This document shows positions 9,401 through 16,228 of a DNA stretch of 16,228 nt, one piece after another. The notes under the pieces were generated by a model. That model made no database searches. It saw only the letters and a program-made list of their open reading frames with translations, and was not told the DNA's origin. The translations under genes were made by a program, and so were the position numbers. The DNA is from Caecitellus pseudoparvulus (lineage: Eukaryota; Protista; Bigyra: Bicosoecida): the NCBI GenBank assembly GCA_965644315.1, contig CBFFRQ010000082.1, positions 1 to 16,228 of the forward strand, in the 5' to 3' direction. Each line of letters opens with the position of its first letter. Within the stretch, counting starts at the first letter, position 1.

Positions 9401-12400
9401 AATTCGCACTGGATGAGCCTGAGTTGGCCAGGTTCTCCAGCCGTCTGTTCGTCTGCGTCAGATGGCTTGACTCGCTTCGGCGCGTCAGTGGAGTGGCTGG
9501 GAGGCAGCACCATTGCTGTGCTGGCGCCAGATGAGACGCAAGTCTGTGCCGGGGTCACACATGGCATCGGATCGGGGGCAATCTACGTCCTGTCCCTGTC
9601 ATTCATCACAAGCTCTTCCCTTGCCCAAGTGCAGACCTGGCACCGCATCTTCGCCCCAGCCATGGCACCCTCGCCCGGAGCAGGCTTCCCAGCCCGCATG
9701 TTGCGGCTTGCAGTGGCACCAAGCTTTGCTCAAGACGGTACACCAGACTTGCTCATCACGACAAGCGGCACTGCAGCGTTGCCACACGCTGGCAGTGGCT
9801 TGCAGGAGGCTGTTCGCACTCCGAACTCAGTGTCAGCTCAGTACTGTCTGCTGCACCTGGACAGCCAGTTCAAGGTGCCAACGTCTGTGTTCTCGCGCCC
9901 TGTGACGTGTGTGCAGGAAGGCATGCCCGGCGCTGTGCCGTCTCACGCTGTCTTGAACGGCTCCAGCTCAGCTGTGTTGATGACTGGCTTGAACGGATCA
10001 GCACCGCATCTTGGACTCGCCACTGCACTGCCACTGGGTGATCCAGATGGCAACGGAGCGTTGGATGTGCTCATGTTGCTGCCAGGCATGGGTGTGTTCT
10101 CGTTGCTCCCCAATGGTACCGTGAACAGCACTGCGGCGCCACACCAAGGCGCGATGATGGCGGGTGAGATCGTGCAGCCTGGGTGGGGCTACATCCCTCG
10201 TGCATACGGCCCACCTGGAGGAGGATTTGGTGTTTCGTATGACGAGCAAGCCGAGTTGGCGACGCGCATTGACCCACTGACTTGGGCGCCAGGGCACAAG
10301 GCTGACTACAACATGGCGCGGCTGTACTTGGCTGCGATGGGCAAGCGCATGCGAGGGTGCTGGGAGACGGGGTCGCAGTCGTTTGTGCCAAGTACTGGGA
10401 CCGTGTTTGCAAAGTACGTTGCTGAACTTCCCCAATTGTCAAGCCCCACAGCTCGTGCGTTGCTGAACGACGCTCTGGGTGAACTTGAGTCAGCCGAGTG
10501 GACCAGTGCGGATGGAGCTCTGACTCTGCAGGCTTGGGTGGGCACCGTGCAAGGGCCCGCAGACATGGACACAGCTGGAGCTGCACTGCTGCGTGACGGC
10601 GAGAGCGATGGCTTGTCTCGTGTGGAACGGAATCTGGAGGGCTCGGTATTGGTGTCAGGAAGCGGCGACAGCAGCTCCAGCTCCAGCAGCTCTGGATCGA
10701 GCAGTGAAGACGTTGAGGGTGAGGTGTGGACATCCACATGGCGAGATGGAGAGGCAGTGTTTCGGAACGCGAGCATTGTCGCTGACGGGGAGGAGACATT
10801 GATGGGGTCTCAAGTCTGTCATGTCCGGAGCAAGCCGTTGGAGTGCGAGGAGGGCGGTGCTTCGTGTCTGCACCGCTTTGCTGCTGTGTGTGGAGAGTTC
10901 AGGGAGCCGCAAAGGCTGGCACGGCAGCTTTCTCCTTACTATGTTGCAAGCAATCTCAATGTCGGGTTGGGCAGTGTGTATGGACAACGGGCTGAGCGGA
11001 CGGCTGACAGCCTGCAGTGCAACTTCTGGGAGTCCAACCTGAACTCCAGGTTCAGCTCCACGACCACCCAGCTGCTTCAAGGCGCCACAGACAAGTACCG
11101 GCCTGGCAACTCCATGTTTCCTGGGGCTTCAGTGAGTGCAAGCAACTCAGCCGCGAATGTGAAGGACTTGCACCAAGCCAGCGCATATTCCCTGGGCATG
11201 TCCATGGCGCCCATGCACGACTTCGATGGAGATGGAGTGGCTGAAATGCTCGTGGGAGCACCCCTGGCTGGAGAGATTGGCCGGAATTATGGCTTAACCA
11301 CTTTCGGCCGAGAGCCTGCTCAACTGCGTCGATCCAATGTTGGCGCGGTGTTCATGGTGCATATGGTGCCAGGGAATCAGTCTGAAGCAGGCACCAAGCA
11401 AGCTGTCAGGACTCCCCGTGAATGGAACAGCGGTGAATACTTCTATGGCTCCACCGGCACGACATCGCAGCACGCGAATGTGGAGCCTGGGGAGAAGGTG
11501 CTGGCAGATGGCATGTACCGTGTGGGGCACTTTGACCGCATCGGGCGACACAGCACAGGCGGACACATGCACCTGGAAGACGGTGATGCTGCTAGTACTC
11601 TTGACATCGGAGCTGAAGGGGCGCAGCTTGGCTGTGCAGTGGCGAACGTGGGCTGGCACAACCACTCTGGGTCGCCCAGACTGACCATGGCAACGGGAGC
11701 TTCAGGCATCGCAGCGCTGACAGGCACGTACAGCAGCTCTGTGAACGGACGTGGTGCTGTGTTGTTGCTGGACTTCTCTGAAGCGGGGCTGTTGGTGGAC
11801 TGGAGCTATGTGGATGTGCTGGATGTGCACATGGAACACTCAGCTGCTCTGCCGCCTGTGCACCCGAAGAACCGCTTCCCGGTCAGCCTGGCTGCAGCTG
11901 GAGATTTGGAAGGCGACGGCACTGTGGACGTCGCGGCAGTGTTCCACGACGGCTCGACACGCAAGCGGTACATCGTGCTGCTGCACCGTGATGCCAACGG
12001 CACTTTCAGCCACAGCTCCCTCATCGCGCCTGCTTCCATCCCTGGCCTGCCGCCATCCTTCACAGCGTACAGTGCACGGCCTGAGATGGGGTTCGGGGAC
12101 AGCATGACGTATGTGGGGCGTGGCGTGGTGGCGATCGCACTGTGGCGGGCCAGTCCACGTGTGCTGGACAAGTTCAACTCTTCAGCATTCAACCCAGCAG
12201 CACCGTACGGAGCATCAACAAGCGGGGCGACGACTCTCTTCCGCCCACAGCACATGAAGGCCGAGACATCACAGAGTACAGCCGGGCTGTACTCTGAAAA
12301 CCACCACCCTGTGACTCGAGAAGGCAAGGGCATGTTGATGCTTGTGCGACTGGGCAGGAATGGCACCGCGCTAAACGCGAGTCTGCTGCAGGAGAATGAC

Positions 12401-15400
12401 ATCCGGCCCTTCGGCATCGATGTGGGCGGCACAACTGTGGGCATCGGGTTGTCCGGGCTGCACCCAGAGCTGCTGTATGGGCATGTGGGGCCGTCATCTG
12501 CAGGGCAAGTCATGGACGACGGCGCTGAGCCAGGAAGTGAAGGCGTGTTTGGAAGGCCGAGCATGGTGCCCAATCCGCTGGGTTTCAGTCAGGAGAACGG
12601 CTTTGCTTCCTCCATTCCAGACATGCTGGTCCAGGTGGATTCATGGCGGCAGAAGGCGCATCCGAAGTGGCGGAACGGCGGGGAGGTGTTCACGGCCAGC
12701 CAGTACATGGACGGCACGTATCGAAGGAAGGTTAATGGGAATCGATGGCCTCTGCAAGGCGATGTGAAGCTGCTGCAGACGAACAACAAGGGATCATACT
12801 ACCAAACCTTCAATGTGAACTGGGGAGCGTTGGCTACGAGCTACTGGAACTTCCAGCCATCAGTCACCGGGATTCCTGACGTATCAATGAACGGGCTGTC
12901 AGGGCACGTCATGCCGACTGCATTCAATGCCTTCAATCGAAGGTACTCGAGCACTGGACCAAGTTCGAGCACGAAGAAGACCACGGCAAGGATGGGGAAC
13001 TTGATGTCTGCTGAGAGAATGTTTGAGCAGTCAATGGCAAGGACAGGCTCATCGTCAACTGTGACAAGGGGTCCGAACATTGGGGGGGTGCTGAGATCGA
13101 CGAGCTTTTCAGCGTCCAGGAACCCCATGCCAAGAAGCGCCCCTTTACGAGAGCTTGCCACAACAAACTCCAGAAGTGACTGGATCCGAGACCAGTCAGA
13201 CTGGTACAGAGCGCAGCACAACGGAAAGGACTTCTTCAGGGATGCAGGGCTGCAAGCGTTCTCAGACTATGTCGGAAACTCGTTTCCATACACAACCGAA
13301 ACTTGGGCAGGTGGAGCTCGCATGCCTCCTGGGGCGACTGTTCCTCCAATGGGTCAGTCGTTGTACTTTCCCCAGATAGCGAACGCAAAGCGCTTCCCAG
13401 CCCTGCAAGCTGGTAAGGCACCTACCTCCATGCCGGTGTCCACAGCGGTACTGTGTCCCTTTATCAGCCAGTCAGAGTTCTTCTACCGCACAACTTCTTA
13501 TGTCCCTGCTGTCAGCCGAAGTTCCTGGTCGAGCGCAATCAATGGCTTCGTGGACAGCCACCTGAAGAAGGAAAGCATCCTGGGCGAGTCCCGTGAGCAG
13601 TACATGACTGGAAGTGCCTACTCAAGCGTGCCTTCAAGGTTCAAGGCTTTTTGCATAGATAATCTTCAACAGACAAATCGCCGGAATGGTCTGGACAACG
13701 TTTGGTCAGACCTCCGCAAGCTCCCGCACAACCTCCCCCATCCACGGGACATCCTCTGGCCACGCATGTTTGGCAACCAAGCCCTGCGGTACTTCGGAGA
13801 GCGCATCCAGCGCCACGCCGAGATCTATGCCGTGTACCTCAACCCAGACGGCTCCGTGCGGCAGAGCGTGCCTGTGGTCAAGGCATCGCCTCTGTACGAC
13901 CGCATGCTGCCCAACTGGAGCAACATCGGCTCCAGCATGGCCCTGCTGCGCCAGACAGAGTCGGGCATGCTGCACATTCTGACTGCAGCGGCGTACATGG
14001 ACGATCTGAAGATGCGGGGTTCCCTGAACACCTGGGGCTATGCCAAGACTTCCAACTTCTACGTGCTGGAGGCATTGCCCGCTCCTCCAACACAGTACGA
14101 GCCTGTGTTGGTGCCGGAACACCGCCTGAGCACGTTGGCGTCTGTGGTGCGAGCGGGCAATGGTAGCTCTGTGCCACCCCCAGCTGAAGTGCTGGCGCCT
14201 GTGTCGCCTTGGGTGCGACCAAGTGTCGTGCCGTTGCTGTGGTCACCTTCTCCGTCCTCTACAGCCACTCCTTCAACTTCAAACACGGCAACTGCGTCAG
14301 TCAGCGGCACGCCCAGCAACACACCTTCATCCACGAGCAGCCCCACCAGCACTGCAAGTCCTTCAGTTTCTTCAGAGGTCACCAGCAGCCCGTCATCGTC
14401 GGTGACCGCCGATGTCACGGCATCAGTGAGCCCCTCGCCCACCTCCAGCACGACAGCTTCAGCCTCTGCCACAGTCAAGAGCGCATCTCCGACTCCATCG
14501 CCCACAGCCTCCGCAACAGGTGCTGCGACACCCACAGCATCATCAAGTGCAGCAGCCACACCCTCCACGACACGCAGTCCTGATCCATCCGTTCCCGCTG
14601 CGCCATCGCAAAGCGCTGCACCTTCCACTGTTCCGGGTGTCACGCCGCCTCCACGTCGAGTGCTACCCCGAGTGACGTACATCGACGCAGCCACGCCTGT
14701 ACTACCGTTGACAGTGCTCAGTGTCTCTGCCTTCACTTCTGCTGCGGCGCTGGTGGACGTGCCTGTGACCTTCCGGGCTCTGGGCGAGCTCACCTCCATT
14801 GGGGCTGCTGTGGCGTCAGTGAAGTACGTGGCCAGTCCTGCCCCTGACCTCCTGGCCTTGGCCAGTTCGGATCCGATCGCAGCTGCTGCAGCCATGGCCG
14901 ACGAACAGGGTGGCAGCCCTCCCTCCGCCCGTGTTCTGGCCCCATCCTTGGCAGGCCCGCTGTCGTTGACAGCGTTCACGTCGCTGAACACTCGCGTACA
15001 GGTGTCTCTCTCTGTGACAGACGTGAGGAGCAGCTCAGACGCGGCGTCATTCCAAGGCCTGTTCCTGTTCAATGTGACTGCCTACTCCTCTGCCTCCTTC
15101 GACACTCTGCTCAGCATTCCCCTCCTCGTACACGTGAAGCTGCCAGCTGGCTCGGCCACTCCAGAAGTCATCGAAGGCTACGCTGTGCCAGATGGAGACA
15201 GCAGCAGCATGGAGCAGAGTCTGACCATTGACAGCAGTGGGACGGCGGACCTGGACTGGTTCCTGCTACAAGACCAGCCCTCACAGTGTTGGCTGTCAGT
15301 GTCCAGTGTGGGCGGCCTTGTGCCGTCACGGGGCGAGCTGCTCGCTCTCGCCCCAACTCGAGATGTCTTGCAAGCCGACCCTGCACTTCGAGGCGCTCTG

Positions 15401-16228
15401 CACGGCACGACACAGCCTGGGAGTGTCAGCACAGTGCGGATTGCGATGGACCTGTCCCAGCTCCCTCAGGGCTTGCACCGCGCTGAGCTGGTGCTGGTGC
15501 TGGGAGATGTGCAGGGCACTGTGCAGACCATTCCTGTGCGCATCTTGGTGGCCACGGTGCAACCATGCCCTGGGCGAGTGCGGGTACCGCCCTTGGCCCC
15601 ACCTGCATCCCTGGGCTCTGGAGCCGCCGCATCAACTGCTGTCACAGCGTTGAGCCTGCGAAACCTTGGAGTGGACCCAGTGGCTGTTGTGGATGCCGCT
15701 GTGCTGGATGGAGATGTGGCCATTGCCCCAGTGGCTGACGCATGTGCTTCGAGTCGCAACAGCACTGATGTGAGCGCGGCCGTGGAGGTGCAGTTTGACG
15801 CGTTGGCCGCGTTGGCCAGTCTGGAGGCAGCGTCCACCAGCTGGCTCAGTGTGGCGCCCATGTTGGACGCGGGCGTGGTCATTCCTCCCTTGGGTGATGC
15901 TGTGGCGCCGCTGTCGGTCCGTATTTCTGACTCCAGCACGCCTGAGCCTGGCCAGTACACTGGGACAGTGCTCATTCTCCTTAATGACACTCGCACAGGG
16001 GCGCTGACTCTCGGAAGCTCAGTGGTGAGTGTTCGTGTGGCGCAAGGCACAGCTGCGCTTGGCCAGTCCAGCCTGCTGCCACTGACTTCGACTCTCAGCG
16101 GGCAGCACCTGCCGCTGCAGCCGTCCACTGTCATCACGTCGCCGTACATCTCAGATGACGACCAGTTGATGACTCCAGATGGTGTGCTGCTTGCTCTGGT
16201 CGTGCTGCGAGATGCGCTGGGCCGACCT
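6463..16228 (+). CDS. Giant secreted/surface protein (>3,190 aa, 3'-partial): FG-GAP/integrin-alpha-like beta-propellers, S/T/P stalk, tandem Ig-like domains. Probable exons: 6463-6561, 6658-6766, 6858->16228
   Basis: Strong Kozak context (caccATGg) and signal peptide MVLGGAPAQGLLYLVLVLFGTSALG. Manual translation shows no stop from 6836 to 16228 (3,131 codons; first in-frame ATG at 6962). The ORF track probably missed it because it has no stop inside the window. Phase-1 intron 6767-6857 joins the signal-peptide frame to the long frame (G|AC = Asp). It contains repeated FG-GAP motifs such as FGASVALLGDVDSNGWPDVAVGAPG and many N-x-S/T sequons. Confidence 0.9.
6562..6657 (+). other. Probable intron 1 of the giant gene (96 nt, phase 0, in-frame, no stop)
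   Basis: Donor CCA|GTGAGT, pyrimidine-rich interior, branch-like TTCAC (A6633, 24 nt from the end), acceptor TGCTCAG|G. The length is similar to intron 2. It is not required to keep the frame open, so confidence is lower. Confidence 0.55.
6767..6857 (+). other. Intron 2 of the giant gene (91 nt, phase 1)
   Basis: Donor GAG|GTGAGA, branch-like CATAAC (A6835, 22 nt from the end), polypyrimidine tract CACTTCTTGTTGCACAG. It contains the TAA (6833-6835) that bounds the long frame. Removing it fuses the signal-peptide exon in frame to the 9.4-kb ORF. Confidence 0.82.
6977..14070 (+). repeat. About 15-17 FG-GAP (integrin alpha beta-propeller) protein repeats
   Basis: Approximate blade starts: 6977 LGSAMDLGADYDGDGARDWILGAPL; 7247 FGASVALLGDVDSNGWPDVAVGAPG; 7463 LGHSVVGLRDLNSDGVPDLAIGA; 7772 FGLSLAYLGRGVLAIGAPG; 7991 LGMSLAAVPPANGDGTMDLLIGAPP; 8696 FGSSV; 9023 FGRCMA..LVVAAP; about 9270 (degenerate); 9476 FGASVEWLGGSTIAVLAP; 9686 FPAR..DGTPDLLI; 10010 LGLA..GDPDGNGALDVL; 11192 LGMSMAPMHDFDGDGVAEMLVGAPL; 11627 LGCAVANVG..ATGA; 11876 FPVSLAAAGDLEGDGTVDV; 12092 FGDSMTYVGRGVVAI; about 12437-13858 (split); 13925 IGSSMALL. 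Confidence 0.85.
10670..10705 (+). repeat. Poly-serine coding tract (SSSSSSSSGSSS)
   Basis: Alternating agc/tcc codons (agcagctccagctccagcagctct) in the frame of the giant gene. Confidence 0.7.
14243..14653 (+). repeat. Ser/Thr/Pro/Ala low-complexity mucin-like stalk (about 135 aa)
   Basis: SPSPSSTATPSTSNTATASVSGTPSNTPSSTSSPTSTASPS...SASPTPSPTASATGAATPTASSS...VPGVTPPP. It lies between the propeller region and the Ig-like region. Confidence 0.85.
14660..16228 (+). other. Tandem Ig-like beta-sandwich domains (one unassigned, two BACON-like, start of an invasin/filamin-like domain)
   Basis: SLTIDSSGTADLDW..WLSVSSVGGLVP..PGSVSTVRIAMDLSQLPQGLHRAELVL..TIPVRILV (about 15150-15555) and LSLRNLGVDPV..SWLSVAP..LSVRI..PGQYTGTVLI..VSVRV (about 15560-16045) follow the BACON-like pattern. 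GTAALGQSSL...LVVLRDALG resembles the VxLRDxxGN strand of invasin/filamin-type Ig domains. Confidence 0.6.

Noticed and set aside
11130-11143. CAGTGAGTGCAAGC identical to 6560-6573 (12-mer core also at 5722), a possible third splice donor
   Set aside because: No in-phase acceptor before the FG-GAP blade at 11192, and the frame is open without splicing. Likely coincidence with the donor consensus.
7006-13421. Many 60-307 aa ORFs on both strands (e.g. 7006-7929, 7256-7978, 10071-10799, 11806-12573)
   Set aside because: All overlap the stop-free + frame that carries clear FG-GAP motifs. None has recognisable motifs, and such ORFs are expected in GC-rich coding DNA.
14059-15072. 337-aa minus-strand ORF rich in V/G/E/D/A
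   Set aside because: It is the antisense shadow of the S/T/P stalk and Ig region of the + strand giant gene.
324-16228. Three co-oriented genes as an operon or defence system
   Set aside because: The context is eukaryotic and predicted localisations differ (nuclear/cytosolic nuclease versus secreted proteins). Adjacency alone does not support a shared function without synteny data.

Overview
A GC-rich (about 60%), gene-dense stretch that looks like a compact eukaryotic (protist-type) genome: Kozak-like starts, short GT-AG introns, signal peptides and many N-glycosylation sequons. I found no RNA genes, CRISPR arrays or mobile elements. There are three co-oriented + strand genes. (1) 324-2741 encodes an 805-aa Mut-7/EXD3-like DEDDy 3'-5' exonuclease with all catalytic motifs and a basic RGG tail. 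(2) About 3246-5726 encodes a signal-peptide + TPR + PhyH-like 2OG-Fe(II) dioxygenase-fold protein that appears to have lost its iron ligands. (3) A giant spliced gene is absent from the ORF track: ATG 6463, two probable short introns, then a frame I translated by hand with no stop from 6836 to the window end (>3,190 aa, 3'-truncated). It encodes a signal peptide, about 15-17 FG-GAP (integrin-alpha-like) beta-propeller blades with large inserted segments, a Ser/Thr/Pro stalk and tandem BACON/invasin-like Ig domains, i.e. a candidate giant surface adhesin or receptor. A divergent gene may start at the left edge. All domain calls come from motif recognition by eye, not from database searches.
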